Counted from the stretch's first letter, positions 1-11,510 are shown. The stretch is 64,000 bases of DNA from Fusicatenibacter saccharivorans (GCA_963597545.1 CAVBQN010000002.1:35897-99896), one strand, 5' to 3'. The notes: generated by a model from the letters alone, not told the origin. Numbers and translations are program-made.

Positions 1-88
1 TAGTGGGTAGTTCTTGGTATGATGAGGGGGCAGATGTGACGGGTGACTGAAATACCACAGTTAGGCCCCTCGAATCTTACACCTGTTT

Positions 89-1036
89 TTAAATTTTCTG
101 CATTTCCTCAAGCACTTCTCTTCCGCCGGCATCCAAAAGCTCTGCCGCCAGAGCCTTCCCGACAGATACGGCTTCAGAAACAGCAGCCGATCTCTCGCTG
201 CGATAGAGTCTCTTTCCATCGGTGGAAGCGATAAAGGCATGGGCCTCGATGCCGCCATCTTTCGCTGTCGCATAGATACCAGCCGGTACCTTGCAGTCCC
301 CGCCGACTTTGGCAAGGAACGCACGCTCCGTGGTGATACAGGAAGCCACATCGCTGTCATGCAGGAAGGAGATCAGGTCCAGTGTTTCCTTGTCATCTGA
401 TCTGGCTTCGACCGCCATGACGCCCTGCCCTGCAGCCGGGATGCTTGTCTCTGTATCAATGAAAGAGCAGATGCGCTCAGCAAGGCCGAGACGCTTGAGT
501 CCTGCTGCCGCAAGAATGATAGCGTCAAAGTCGCCTTCATCCAGATGCCGGAGACGGGTCTGCACATTGCCGCGCAGGGATCTGATTTCCAGATCCGGGC
601 GCAGGTGCAGGAGCTGCGCCTGGCGTCGGAGACTCGATGTCCCCACCTTCGCATGAAGCGGAAGCTCGTCCAGCGACCGGTATTTATTCGACACGAAGGC
701 ATCTCTGGGGTCTTCTCTCTTCGTGACTGCGGCGATGGTGAGCCCTTTCGGACATTCCGCTGTCATATCCTTCAAAGAGTGGACGGCGATATCCGCCTTT
801 CCTTCGAGCAGGATGACCTCAAGTTCTTTGATGAAAAGTCCCTTCCCTCCGATTTCAACCAGCGGACGATCGAGGATCTGGTCTCCTTTCGTGGTGACGG
901 GGAAGAGCTCGACAGTGAGCCCCGGATGTGCTTCTTCCAAAGCATGAGCGACGTATTTCGCCTGCCAGAGAGCCAGAAGGCTTTCTCTGGTCGCGATGGT
1001 GATTTTATTTTTCAAGTGCCTGCCCCTTTCTGACAT
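89..1036 (-). CDS. hemC: hydroxymethylbilane synthase (porphobilinogen deaminase)
   Basis: 315-aa ORF. KITIATRESLLALWQA N-terminus plus GKGLFIKELE and RGNVQTRL motifs are typical of HemC. It overlaps the hemA stop in hem-operon context. Confidence 0.93.
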   Translation of the reverse strand: MSERGRHLKNKITIATRESLLALWQAKYVAHALEEAHPGLTVELFPVTTKGDQILDRPLVEIGGKGLFIKELEVILLEGKADIAVHSLKDMTAECPKGLTIAAVTKREDPRDAFVSNKYRSLDELPLHAKVGTSSLRRQAQLLHLRPDLEIRSLRGNVQTRLRHLDEGDFDAIILAAAGLKRLGLAERICSFIDTETSIPAAGQGVMAVEARSDDKETLDLISFLHDSDVASCITTERAFLAKVGGDCKVPAGIYATAKDGGIEAHAFIASTDGKRLYRSERSAAVSEAVSVGKALAAELLDAGGREVLEEMQKI

Positions 1037-2288
1037 CCAGCTTGAAGAGACGGGTCACGGCTGACTTATCCGCATCTTCCCACTTGGTTCCCGCGTGTTC
1101 ATTGAGATGCATCATCGGTTCTCGAAGGATCTTGCGGACGATCATGCGGGTCATGTACTGCAGGACACGTTTATCTTCATCTGTCAGGCCATCGATCTTA
1201 GCAAAAATATGACGCAGCTCGCGCTGACGGATCTCCTCGGCCTTATCCGAAAGAGACACCATGACTGGACGCGTGGACAGATACGTGAAGCGGTCCTCAA
1301 TGGACTCTATCTCTTCCTCGATGATGCCCTTCGCACGCTCTGCCTCCCCTTCACGGAAACGGATATTGCTCTCGACGATATCCTGCAGATCATCGATATT
1401 GTAAAGCGTCACATGACGGATATCACCAACCGACGGCTCGATGTCGCACGGCACTGCGATATCGATGGCGACCAGCGGGCGTGTCTTTCTCTTCATCATG
1501 AGGTTTCTGACATCCCATGCTTTTACGATGTACTGAGAAGCTCCGGTCGCTGTCACGATGATATCGACATCTTCAGCATGTTGGAGTGCTCCTTTGAACG
1601 GGACCGTCTCGCCGTCGATCTTCTTTGCGAGTTCTTCTGCTTTCTCGATGTGACGGTTTGTCACAATGACCTTTTTGAGACCTTTGCCCTGCAGATTCTT
1701 CACCAGCAGCTCAGCCGCCTCACCTGCCCCGAAGACCATGGCAGTACGATCGTCCAAGCCACCCAGGATCTTCTCCGCGAGTTTCACCGCTGCATAGCTG
1801 ACAGATACCGCACTGTAGGAAATCTGCGTCTCCGTCCGCACACGCTTGCCCGTACGGATGGCACGGTGAAAGAGAGTATTCAGGATGGTGCGGGTCGCTT
1901 TTTCTTCGAGCGCCATCGTGTACGCCGTCTTGATCTGATTCAGGATCTGGCTCTCTCCGATGACCATGGAGTCCAGACCTGAGACCACTTCGAAAAGATG
2001 TCGGATGCAGGCTTCCCCTTCAAAATAGAAGAAATACTCATCCTTCGCCTCGCTGTTTCCGGAAAGGGCTAAAAAGAAATCGTACAGTGTTTCCTTCGCT
2101 GTCTCATCCTTGAGTACCGCATAGATCTCAGTGCGGTTACAGGTGGAAAGCACGACGGCTTCCTCGATCCCTTCCTGTTCATCCAGATGAATCAGCCCGC
2201 TTCTCGCACTGTCTGGCGAAATCGCAAACTGCTCACGAATATCTACCGGGACTGTCTTATGATTCAGCCCCAAAACGACCAACTGCAT
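1005..2288 (-). CDS. hemA: glutamyl-tRNA reductase
   Basis: MQLVVLGLNHKTVPVDIRE N-terminus, LSTCNRTEIY active-site Cys and GAGEAAELL NADPH motif. I chose the ATG at 2288 (GAGGAG 10 nt upstream) over the GTG at 2297 used by the ORF track. Confidence 0.93.
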   Translation of the reverse strand: MQLVVLGLNHKTVPVDIREQFAISPDSARSGLIHLDEQEGIEEAVVLSTCNRTEIYAVLKDETAKETLYDFFLALSGNSEAKDEYFFYFEGEACIRHLFEVVSGLDSMVIGESQILNQIKTAYTMALEEKATRTILNTLFHRAIRTGKRVRTETQISYSAVSVSYAAVKLAEKILGGLDDRTAMVFGAGEAAELLVKNLQGKGLKKVIVTNRHIEKAEELAKKIDGETVPFKGALQHAEDVDIIVTATGASQYIVKAWDVRNLMMKRKTRPLVAIDIAVPCDIEPSVGDIRHVTLYNIDDLQDIVESNIRFREGEAERAKGIIEEEIESIEDRFTYLSTRPVMVSLSDKAEEIRQRELRHIFAKIDGLTDEDKRVLQYMTRMIVRKILREPMMHLNEHAGTKWEDADKSAVTRLFKLDVRKGQALEK

Positions 2289-2895
2289 GACGTACACACT
2301 CCTCTGCTTCGTCTAATTTTCCCTGCATCACCAGATGCATGATATCTTCAGTAAAGACAGCTCTCCAGAAGGCTTCTCTGGCCTCGCTGGTGCCGATCCT
2401 TTCTTTCATTTCCACTCTCATCTTTCCCACCCGGTCCAGCCACAGGCCAAAGCCTTCGGGGATTTTCAGAGAAAGCCACTCTTTCATATACCGCGCCATC
2501 GCAGGCGAGCGGCCATTCGTAGAAACGGTGATCTGGATCCCCCCTGCATCAAAAGCAGCCGGCAGTGAACAATTCCCCAGCGAAGGAAAATCTGCAGCAT
2601 TATAAAGGAAATGGCTCTCTTTCGATGCCTGCTGCACCGCTTCTGCCACTTCCCTCACACCACAGGCTGTCACTATCAGTCCATAGGAAGAGAGATCGTC
2701 ACCACGGAAAAGGTGCTTTTCCCAGTGCACCTTTTTTGCCTCGGAAAGCGCCTCGATGTCAGAAACGACTTCCGGCGCAAGGATCGTCACGTCTGCTCCC
2801 TCTGCTATTAACTTTTTCACCTTTCTAAGAGCCACATGGCCGCCACCGATGACCAGCGCACGAAGGCCTGCCGCTTTGAGATTCACAGGATACAA
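2257..2895 (-). CDS. precorrin-2 dehydrogenase / sirohydrochlorin ferrochelatase (siroheme synthase N-terminal-domain type, SirC/Met8-like)
   Basis: 212-aa ORF with the Rossmann motif VIGGGHVALRKVKKLIAEGADVTILAP typical of the CysG N-domain. Apparent TTG start with GGAG 8 nt upstream. Sits upstream of hemA. Confidence 0.8.
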   Translation of the reverse strand: MYPVNLKAAGLRALVIGGGHVALRKVKKLIAEGADVTILAPEVVSDIEALSEAKKVHWEKHLFRGDDLSSYGLIVTACGVREVAEAVQQASKESHFLYNAADFPSLGNCSLPAAFDAGGIQITVSTNGRSPAMARYMKEWLSLKIPEGFGLWLDRVGKMRVEMKERIGTSEAREAFWRAVFTEDIMHLVMQGKLDEAEECVRHAVGRFGAES

Positions 2896-3013
2896 AAAAT
2901 AATCTCCTCACCATGATCAATAAACTCTGGATCTCGTTTGCCCTGATTCATAAAAAAAGATGGCAAATGACCAAATACCAGTATTTTTAATTATACATCA
3001 AAAAGATGGCCGT

Positions 3014-3058
3014 CACAATAAAACAAGCCCATTAGAATATAGGGCTTGTTTTATTGTG
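3014..3058 (-). terminator. intrinsic terminator hairpin after csoR
   Basis: CACAATAAAACAAGCCC / GGGCTTGTTTTATTGTG, a 17-bp stem with a 10-nt loop and A/T-rich flanks. Confidence 0.75.
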
Positions 3059-3095
3059 CCTTATTATAATATATTTATCCTGTCTTTATCTCTGA

Positions 3096-3371
3096 TTATA
3101 CAATATTAGAAAACCGTTCTACTGCTTTGGCAAAGCGAGCGATCGTCTCCTCGGCATCACCATGCTCGATACCATCTCGGACGCAATGCTGAAGATGGCC
3201 TTCGAGAATGATCTGTCCCACCTTGTGCAGAGCAGACTTTGCCGCATTCACCTGGGTGATGACATCCTCGCAGGGAACGTCTTCTTCGATCATACGATCA
3301 ATCGCCTGCACCTGACCAATGATCTTTCTAAGACGGCGATGCAGATTTTCTTCATCCATACATTGTTTCAT
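3096..3371 (-). CDS. csoR: CsoR/RcnR-family metal-sensing transcriptional repressor
   Basis: RRLRKIIGQVQAIDRMIEE helix, then Cys (VPCEDV) and an H-x3-C (HLQHC) ligand pattern, matching the Cu(I)-type C-H-C signature. ATG at 3371 chosen (91 aa); the ORF track extends to a GTG at 3422. Confidence 0.85.
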   Translation of the reverse strand: MKQCMDEENLHRRLRKIIGQVQAIDRMIEEDVPCEDVITQVNAAKSALHKVGQIILEGHLQHCVRDGIEHGDAEETIARFAKAVERFSNIV

Positions 3372-3490
3372 TTGATATACCTCATATATTATACGTAACT
3401 GGCGGTCACTATCTTTAGTCACCGGATGGCGATCTGACAGTCTATCCGTCTAATGTCTATTCGCCTCTCATCTGACGTCTCAAAGCCTTC

Positions 3491-4255
3491 TCACTTTCCA
3501 AGCACCATGCTCTTTACCGGCTCAAAGCTCTTTCGGTGAATCGGCGTGATACCCAGTGTCTTCAGCGCCGCAATATGCTCGGCAGTGCCATAGCCTTTAT
3601 TTTGAGCAAATCCATAGCCAGGATACTGCCTGTCATACTCATCCATCAGATGATCACGATACACCTTTGCCACGATGGAAGCTGCCGCAACAGAGGCACT
3701 CTTCGCATCTCCATGGATCAAGGACTCGGTCGGACAGTTGAAATGAAGCGGCATCGCATCGACAATGACCGCCTCCGGCGAGACCGTCAGATTCTTCACC
3801 GCCTGATACATCGCCATCATCGTCGCCTCATAGATATTGACAGCATCGATCTCTTCCGGCGAAAGGCTGACAACTGAGACATCCAATGCGCTCTCATAAA
3901 TCTTCGCTGCGATCTCTTCGCGGTGTTTCGGTGTGACCTTCTTCGAGTCATTGAGCCCCGCACAGAACCAGTGCGGTGGGAGAATAACTGCCGCGACCGT
4001 TACCGGTCCGGCAAGTGGTCCCCGTCCCACTTCATCGATCCCGACGATATGTGTGAGTCCCTCCTGATAGAAACGACTCTCCACGTCATACATGGACTCT
4101 ACGCGGAGACGCTCCCTGCTCTTTCGCTCGAGACGCTTCATATAGGAGCCTACAAGGGTCTTCACGCCCTTTCTCTCATCAGAAAGTATCTCCTGCAAAA
4201 GCTCTTCTGCAACATCATCCTGTGAAAGGATGGTACGGATTTCAGAAATAGTCAT
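3491..4255 (-). CDS. rnhB: ribonuclease HII
   Basis: GIDEVGRGPLAGPV catalytic motif, 254 aa. Conserved rbgA-rnhB neighbourhood. Confidence 0.93.
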   Translation of the reverse strand: MTISEIRTILSQDDVAEELLQEILSDERKGVKTLVGSYMKRLERKSRERLRVESMYDVESRFYQEGLTHIVGIDEVGRGPLAGPVTVAAVILPPHWFCAGLNDSKKVTPKHREEIAAKIYESALDVSVVSLSPEEIDAVNIYEATMMAMYQAVKNLTVSPEAVIVDAMPLHFNCPTESLIHGDAKSASVAAASIVAKVYRDHLMDEYDRQYPGYGFAQNKGYGTAEHIAALKTLGITPIHRKSFEPVKSMVLGK

Positions 4256-4495
4256 AGTACCTCACATGATTTTGTACTGCGATAGAGAGAAACAACAGCA
4301 AAATAAGGCGGTCAGCCTCAGGTTCTCATAAAGTCCAGAAGATCCTTCAGATGCTGCGGAAAGTGCATCGCAAAATAAGAATACGCCGCCTTGGAATTTT
4401 TCATCGATAAAAACACATTTTTCCCAAATAGAAATCCTGGTGAAGCATTTGCGTCTTATAGAGACCGATGAACCATCGGAGCCATCTTTCTTCCA

Positions 4496-5347
4496 TCATT
4501 TTTCCGGAAGCGGATCCAGCGTCAGCTTCCCTAGCTTCCCGCTTCGAAAATCACGGAGGACCACCATTTCTGCGCGATCATAGTCGATGGCTCCGCCGGG
4601 GAGAAGACAGCCTCTTCTCCTTCCGGCCGCCTCCAAAAGCAACTGCGGATCCTGATGGACATCTTCGATGTCGTACTTTTCCTGCAAAACCCAAGGTGCC
4701 GTTTCTGCCAGAGAAGCAAGCAGCTCCGGGACGACCTCATCGGCATTGAATACATCGCCTGCGATCGCACCTGTTGCCGCCAGCCTGAGCGCAGCGACCT
4801 GATCATCAAATTTCGGCCAAAGTACCCCCGGTGTATCCAGCAGATCAAGCCCTTCAGAGAGGCGCACCCACTGTTTGCCACGGGTATGCCCCGGGGTATT
4901 TGCCGTGCGTGTTGCTGCCGTTCCAGCAAGAAAATTGATCAGCGTAGATTTACCCACGTTCGGAATACCGAGTATCATAAGACGTACCGAGCGGCTCTTG
5001 ATGCCGCGTTTCCGCCACTTCGCCAGCATCGGCTCTGCCGTCTCACGGATCAGTGCTAGCAGCTTCTTCTTATTCTTACTGTTCCCGACGCTCATGGGGA
5101 CGACTGGTATATTTTTCTTCTGATAATAAGAGATCCAGCGATCCGTCGCCTTCGGATCCGCCAGATCCGCTTTATTCAGTATGACGATCCGAGGCTTGCC
5201 CTGCACCAGCTCTTCCACCATGGGGTTCGCACTCGACATCGGAATCCGGGCGTCCAAGAGTTCAGCTACGACATCCACTGCCTTTAGGTGACTTTCGATC
5301 ATCCGCTTCGTCTTGGTCATATGACCGGGAAACCATTGAATTAGCAT
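4496..5347 (-). CDS. rbgA: ribosome biogenesis GTPase A (YlqF/RbgA)
   Basis: Circularly permuted GTPase: QWFPGHM, NKADL, GIPNVGKSTLIN. ATG at 5347 has GGGAGG 5 nt upstream. Confidence 0.92.
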   Translation of the reverse strand: MLIQWFPGHMTKTKRMIESHLKAVDVVAELLDARIPMSSANPMVEELVQGKPRIVILNKADLADPKATDRWISYYQKKNIPVVPMSVGNSKNKKKLLALIRETAEPMLAKWRKRGIKSRSVRLMILGIPNVGKSTLINFLAGTAATRTANTPGHTRGKQWVRLSEGLDLLDTPGVLWPKFDDQVAALRLAATGAIAGDVFNADEVVPELLASLAETAPWVLQEKYDIEDVHQDPQLLLEAAGRRRGCLLPGGAIDYDRAEMVVLRDFRSGKLGKLTLDPLPEK

Positions 5348-5453
5348 ACGCACCTCCCGGATACCATACGGGGTATCCTGATAACTGTTCTATTTTAACA
5401 TAAACGGGAGGTTTGGGAAACGCCGATTCCATCGTGATCCATTTTCACTCCCT

Positions 5454-5509
5454 AAAAAAAGCGGTCCGGGAAAGACTGATGCATCACAGTATCCGTCTTT
5501 CCTGAGCCG
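5454..5509 (-). terminator. terminator after tmk
   Basis: Imperfect stem CGGCTCAGGAAAGAC...GTCTTTCCCGGACCG followed by T7 on the minus strand. Confidence 0.6.
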
Positions 5510-5517
5510 TCTATCTT

Positions 5518-6198
5518 TCATTTCCTGTTTTTCATGACCTTTTCTACCGCTGCATCCACATCGCGCCCGATATCCGTGACACTTCGAAGCACGCCCTCTC
5601 TGGCACACGGGATACGCTCCCAGCCGTAAAAGCGTACCAGCGCCTGATAGGCATTATGACACTTCCTGAGGTAGTCCAAATGCTGCTCATGGATATCCAT
5701 CGAACCGCCCTCAGCAGCCCGGGCTTTTACCAGCGCTTCAGACATCCTAAGAGGAATATCTAAAAGGATGACAAGATCCGGACGCGGCAGCTCCAGCTCT
5801 TCGTACTCGGTCTTTTCCAGCCAGGAGAGGAACTGCGTCCGCTCTTCCTCGTCATCATACTTTGTCATCTGATGTACCATATTGCTTGTGGTGTAGCGAT
5901 CGGCAATAATGATGCCGCCTTTCTCATAGAAATCCTTCCACTTCATGCGATATGAGGCGAAACGATCGACCGCGTAGAAAAGAGAAGCGGCATAGGGATT
6001 CACATCGCCGGGATCCGCCCCAAAGTCACCTTTGAGGTACATCTTTACCAAGGCCGACGAGTCGCTCGCATAATCAGGGAAGGAAATATGCATGACATCC
6101 TTCCCAGCTTCTTTTAGTTTCTTTTCCAAAAGGGCCGACTGGGTCGCCTTTCCACTACCGTCAATGCCCTCCAGAACTATCAATGTGCCATGTGTCAT
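5518..6198 (-). CDS. tmk: thymidylate (dTMP) kinase
   Basis: LIVLEGIDGSGKATQ P-loop and DRY motif, 226 aa. Confidence 0.85.
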   Translation of the reverse strand: MTHGTLIVLEGIDGSGKATQSALLEKKLKEAGKDVMHISFPDYASDSSALVKMYLKGDFGADPGDVNPYAASLFYAVDRFASYRMKWKDFYEKGGIIIADRYTTSNMVHQMTKYDDEEERTQFLSWLEKTEYEELELPRPDLVILLDIPLRMSEALVKARAAEGGSMDIHEQHLDYLRKCHNAYQALVRFYGWERIPCAREGVLRSVTDIGRDVDAAVEKVMKNRK

Positions 6199-6421
6199 AG
6201 TTGCGTCCTTTTTATATGAATCATTTTCGATGATAGCAGACCGGGATCAGGACTTCGCAGAGTGGCCGGGTACGAAAGCACCACGCCCCGCTTCCCCGAT
6301 GATCGTCATGCGGGAAAAATGTCCTATGCCTTGCAAGCGATGAAGGGAAAAGAAAGTCTAAAATCCAGTCTCTTCGTCTCTCCGGCTACCTTCTCTTCTT
6401 CATTTTCCCATGTCCCCACGG

Positions 6422-6452
6422 AAAAAGCAACAGCCCATGGCTGTTGCTTTTG
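6422..6452 (-). terminator. terminator after pth
   Basis: AAAAGCAACAGCC-cat-GGCTGTTGCTTTT, a 13-bp stem with A/T runs on both sides. Confidence 0.8.
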
Positions 6453-6463
6453 AATCGCTATTC

Positions 6464-7036
6464 CTATTTCTTCTTTTTCGGATTGAAAGCATTCATGGCA
6501 TGATCGACGCCATGAGCCAGTGCGTCCTCGATGGAGTCAGCGGTATGAATCTTCGCCGCCTCGATAAGCTCGATATCTTCCCCGTAAGGGCGCTGCAGGA
6601 CATGCTCGATGACGGTGTGCCCGTCCCTTGGATGGCCTACACCGATGCGGAAGCGATTGAATGCCTCGCTCCCAAGGCAGGCAATGAGGGACTTGATCCC
6701 ATTATGCCCGCCTGCCGATCCCTTTTTACGAATGCGTGTCTTTCCCGGCGGCAGGTCAAGGTCATCGCAGATGATGAAAATATCATCCAGATCCACCTTG
6801 TAGTACTTGGCGATCGCGCCGACCGCTTCGCCGGAAAGGTTCATATACGTCAGCGGCTTCACAAGAAGAACCTTCTCTCCGCCCACGATGACGGTGGCAA
6901 TGTCGGCTTTCATGTCCTTCTTCCAGCTGGCGACCTTCCAGCGATCCGCCAGAATGTTGATCACATCGAAGCCCATATTATGCCGCGTATGCTCATATTC
7001 CTTTCCCGGATTTCCCAGGCCTGCAATGATTTTCAT
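6464..7036 (-). CDS. pth: peptidyl-tRNA hydrolase
   Basis: MKIIAGLGNPGKEYEHTRHN N-terminus. The start overlaps the prs stop (TAATG). Confidence 0.95.
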   Translation of the reverse strand: MKIIAGLGNPGKEYEHTRHNMGFDVINILADRWKVASWKKDMKADIATVIVGGEKVLLVKPLTYMNLSGEAVGAIAKYYKVDLDDIFIICDDLDLPPGKTRIRKKGSAGGHNGIKSLIACLGSEAFNRFRIGVGHPRDGHTVIEHVLQRPYGEDIELIEAAKIHTADSIEDALAHGVDHAMNAFNPKKKK

Positions 7037-7998
7037 TATTTATCAAAGAGGGAGCTGACAGAAGCGTCGTGGAAGATACGGAGGATGGCTTCGCCAAGAA
7101 GCGGAGCAATGGAAAGCTGGGTCAGCTTGCTGCCAAGGCCTTCCACTTTTTCTTTTTCAACCGGCAGAGAATTGGTGACGATGAGTTCCTTGATATTGGA
7201 TTTACTGATTCTTTCCGTAGCCGGATCGGTCAGTACCGGATGGCAGACAGCTGCATAGACATCTCTTGCACCGGCTTCTGCAAGGGCTTTGGCACCTTCA
7301 CAGAGAGAGCCTGCGGTATCTACGATATCATCGACGACAAAGCAGTTTCTGTCCTTCACATCACCGATAATGTTCATGACCTTGGCTACGCCCGGTTCCG
7401 GACGACGTTTTTCAATGATGGCGATCGGAGCGCCGACACGGTCAGCCAGCTCTCTTGCACGGGTAACGCCGCCGAGGTCTGGAGAAACGATGGTGAGGTT
7501 TTCCAGGTTCTTGGATTTTACATAGTCTGCGAGCAGAGATGCAGACATGAGGTGGTCTACAGGGACATTGAAGAATCCCTGAATCTGTCCTGCGTGCAGA
7601 TCCATGGTCACTACACGGGTCGCACCGGCTGCCGACATCAGGTCAGCGACCAGCTTGGAGGAAATCGGTTCACGGCCGCGAGTCTTGCGGTCCTGACGTG
7701 CATAGCCATAGTAAGGTACTACACAGGTGATATGACGGGCAGATGCTCTCTTCAGTGCGTCAATCATGATGAGCATTTCCATCAGATTGTCATTAACCGG
7801 TGCGCCGGTCGGCTGAATGATGAAGCAGTCTTTGCCGCGGACACTTTCATTGATCATCACCTGAATTTCACCATTGTTGAATTTGCCGCAGATGGCTTTT
7901 CCAAGCGGAACTCCGATGTAGTCGGAAATTTCCTTTGCCAGTGCGGGGTGAGAATTCCCTGTAAAAATTTTCAATTTTGAAGTGTCTTCCATGTCCAT
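7036..7998 (-). CDS. prs: ribose-phosphate pyrophosphokinase
   Basis: GNSHPALAKEI, YARQDRK and VVDDIVDTAGS PRPP-binding motifs. ATG at 7998 (GGGAGAGG upstream) chosen over the extended ORF reaching 8091. Confidence 0.94.
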   Translation of the reverse strand: MDMEDTSKLKIFTGNSHPALAKEISDYIGVPLGKAICGKFNNGEIQVMINESVRGKDCFIIQPTGAPVNDNLMEMLIMIDALKRASARHITCVVPYYGYARQDRKTRGREPISSKLVADLMSAAGATRVVTMDLHAGQIQGFFNVPVDHLMSASLLADYVKSKNLENLTIVSPDLGGVTRARELADRVGAPIAIIEKRRPEPGVAKVMNIIGDVKDRNCFVVDDIVDTAGSLCEGAKALAEAGARDVYAAVCHPVLTDPATERISKSNIKELIVTNSLPVEKEKVEGLGSKLTQLSIAPLLGEAILRIFHDASVSSLFDK

Positions 7999-8102
7999 TT
8001 TGCTGCCTCTCCCTTTCCTTTCATTTCTTTGAAAGTTGTAAAATGTATTTTCTGCCGCCGGAGCGTCACTCCCTTTTGCCCCGGCAGGCATACTGCTTCT
8101 AT

Positions 8103-8131
8103 ATTATACCAATCCTTTGCAAAAATGCCAA
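8103..8131 (-). promoter_or_regulatory. candidate sigma-A promoter of prs
   Basis: -35 TTGGCA (8126-8131), 17-bp spacer, TG-extended -10 TATAAT (8103-8108). Confidence 0.6.
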
Positions 8132-8319
8132 AAGAAGTTTGATGATCGCCTGAAAATCACCAGTGCAGAGATCAAAGGCTCCACAGGATCGCAGGACGAA
8201 ACATCGAAAACGCCGCAACGTTTTGATGGAAAAGATGTCAAACCATTTGATGCAGCGAACGCCTAGAGGGCGTCATATAGTTTCCCTTTGACCGCAGAAC
8301 CCGTAAAACCCGGGATCCG

Positions 8320-9699
8320 TTAATCTTTATACGTATTCTCGTCGACCCAGCCTTCGATATTTCTCTGCTTCGCTCTCGCGACCGAAAGAGCTTTTGCCGG
8401 GACATCCTTTGTGATGGTGGAGCCGGCGGCAGTGAAGGCTCTCTCTCCGATATGGACAGGAGCGACCAGATTTGTATTGCATCCGATGAAGGCGTGATCA
8501 TCAATGGTGCAGCGATGCTTGTCCTTCCCATCAAAATTGACAGTCACTGTACCGCATCCGAAATTGACATTCTTGCCCAGATCCGAATCGCCGCAGTAGA
8601 TGAGATGCGGCAGCTTCGTGCCATCGCCCACATTGGAATTCTTGACTTCGACGAAATTGCCGATCTTCACATGGTCATGCAGTACCGTATTCGGGCGGAG
8701 ATGGACAAAAGGCCCGATCTCGTCATAGCTGCCAATGCTGCATTCATGGCCGTACACGCGGTTCAGATGCGTGAAATCACCGCAGTGTACATCGGTCAGC
8801 TGGGTATCCGGTCCGATCTCGCAGTGCTTGCCGATGACGGTCTTTCCCTGAAGTATAGTCCCCGGCAGCAGCACGGTATCACAGCCGACTTCGACATCCT
8901 GCTCGATATAGGTATGCTCCGGGTCAATGATGCTGACACCGGAAGCCATAAGCTCTTCTGCTTTGCGAAGGCGCAGGATGCGGTCAGCGGCTGCGAGCTG
9001 GATGCGGGAATTCACCCCCATCGTCTCATCCGCATCGTCCGCTGCGACCGGAACGACCTTGAGTCCTTCTTTGATCATGATCCCGAAAACATCCGTCAGA
9101 TAGTACTCACCCTGCGCATTTTTGTTGTCGATCTTTTCGAGTGCATCGAGCAGGGCGCCCACCTGAAAGACATACGTACCTGTATTGATCTCATGGACGG
9201 CGAGCTGTTCCGGCGTGCCATCCTTCTGTTCTACAATGCATGTCATGTGTCCCGCTTCATCACGGAGCACACGGCCATAGCCGAAAGGATCATCAAGGAT
9301 CGCGGTCAGCACCGAAGCAGCCGCGCCCTCCTCCCTGCAGGTCTTTGCCAGATGCGCGATCGTCTCCGCGCGCAGCAGCGGCGTATCCCCGCAGATGACC
9401 AGCACATAGCTGTCTCTGTCTTTTTCAAATTCCGGCACCGCCTGCATGACAGCGTGGCCCGTCCCAAGCTGCTCCTCCTGATGGACAAAGGACACCTCTT
9501 GATTTCCAAGATATTCTCTCACCAGATGTTCCTTGAAGCCGGTGATCACGACCTGGTGATCCGAGCCCGCTTCTCGCACGAGGCGGATGACCTGCTCGAC
9601 CATCGGTACTCCGCATACGCGGTGCAGCACCTTTGGAAATTCAGACTTCATGCGTGTGCCCTGTCCGGCAGCTAAAATAACGGCGGTAAATTCTGCCAT
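8320..9699 (-). CDS. glmU: bifunctional UDP-N-acetylglucosamine diphosphorylase / glucosamine-1-phosphate N-acetyltransferase
   Basis: LAAGQGTRMKS nucleotidyltransferase motif with a C-terminal left-handed hexapeptide-repeat region, 459 aa. Confidence 0.95.
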   Translation of the reverse strand: MAEFTAVILAAGQGTRMKSEFPKVLHRVCGVPMVEQVIRLVREAGSDHQVVITGFKEHLVREYLGNQEVSFVHQEEQLGTGHAVMQAVPEFEKDRDSYVLVICGDTPLLRAETIAHLAKTCREEGAAASVLTAILDDPFGYGRVLRDEAGHMTCIVEQKDGTPEQLAVHEINTGTYVFQVGALLDALEKIDNKNAQGEYYLTDVFGIMIKEGLKVVPVAADDADETMGVNSRIQLAAADRILRLRKAEELMASGVSIIDPEHTYIEQDVEVGCDTVLLPGTILQGKTVIGKHCEIGPDTQLTDVHCGDFTHLNRVYGHECSIGSYDEIGPFVHLRPNTVLHDHVKIGNFVEVKNSNVGDGTKLPHLIYCGDSDLGKNVNFGCGTVTVNFDGKDKHRCTIDDHAFIGCNTNLVAPVHIGERAFTAAGSTITKDVPAKALSVARAKQRNIEGWVDENTYKD

Positions 9700-9810
9700 A
9701 GTTTCCTCCTATAGAAATCCCATTTCATATCAAGCAATGGGAGCGGCGTATCCGTTCCCCCTGTTTTTTCAGATAGACAGCAGGCTTTTTATCGAAAACC
9801 TGTAAAGTTT

Positions 9811-9839
9811 ATTGTAGCAAAACAAAGTGTGCATCGCAA
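9811..9839 (-). promoter_or_regulatory. candidate sigma-A promoter of glmU
   Basis: -35 TTGCGA (9834-9839), 17-bp spacer, -10 TACAAT (9811-9816). Confidence 0.55.
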
Positions 9840-10020
9840 GGGAAAAACAGGGATCCGTGCTTTGAAATGGGAAATGTCGGTTTTCTGAAACAGTGCAGAT
9901 GGCTTGCTTCCCGTTCCGTCATGACTAGGCTCGGGATGCTAAGAGCGAAAAAATCTATCAGCACTTCATTTTTTGCCGCCCACGTGGATTCATGAGAACC
10001 TGCTTAGCCCTAAACGTCAA

Positions 10021-10053
10021 ACAAAAAGGACCATGACAAGGTGTCATGGCCCT
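10021..10053 (-). terminator. terminator after eno
   Basis: Minus strand reads GGGCCATGACA-ccttg-TGTCATGGTCC followed by TTTTTGTTT. Confidence 0.8.
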
Positions 10054-10069
10054 TCTTACTCAGATTTTA

Positions 10070-11443
<1,374 letters not shown>

Positions 11444-11460
11444 TCATCATTTTAGACTGG

Positions 11461-11510
11461 CCCGCCCCTGCCCTTCGGGCATCCCCCCTTCCATGGGAAG
11501 GGGGAGAATA
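11461..11510. repeat. PG module (double GC hairpin) in the tpiA-eno spacer
   Basis: CCCGCCCCTGCCCTTCGGGCATCCCCCCTTCCATGGGAAGGGGGAGAAT. Related copies lie at 45421-45466, 45541-45586, 45915-45965 and 53730-53780. Confidence 0.8.

Noticed and set aside
1-88. A possible 5' end of a further hem gene (hemD/cobA-like) downstream of hemC at the window edge.
   Set aside because: Only 88 nt are available, with no clear start codon or RBS, so it cannot be supported.
4318-4404. A 28-aa minus-strand ORF (MKNSKAAYSYFAMHFPQHLKDLLDFMRT) in the rbgA-rnhB spacer.
   Set aside because: It has no Shine-Dalgarno sequence, no recognisable family, and is too short to support from sequence alone.
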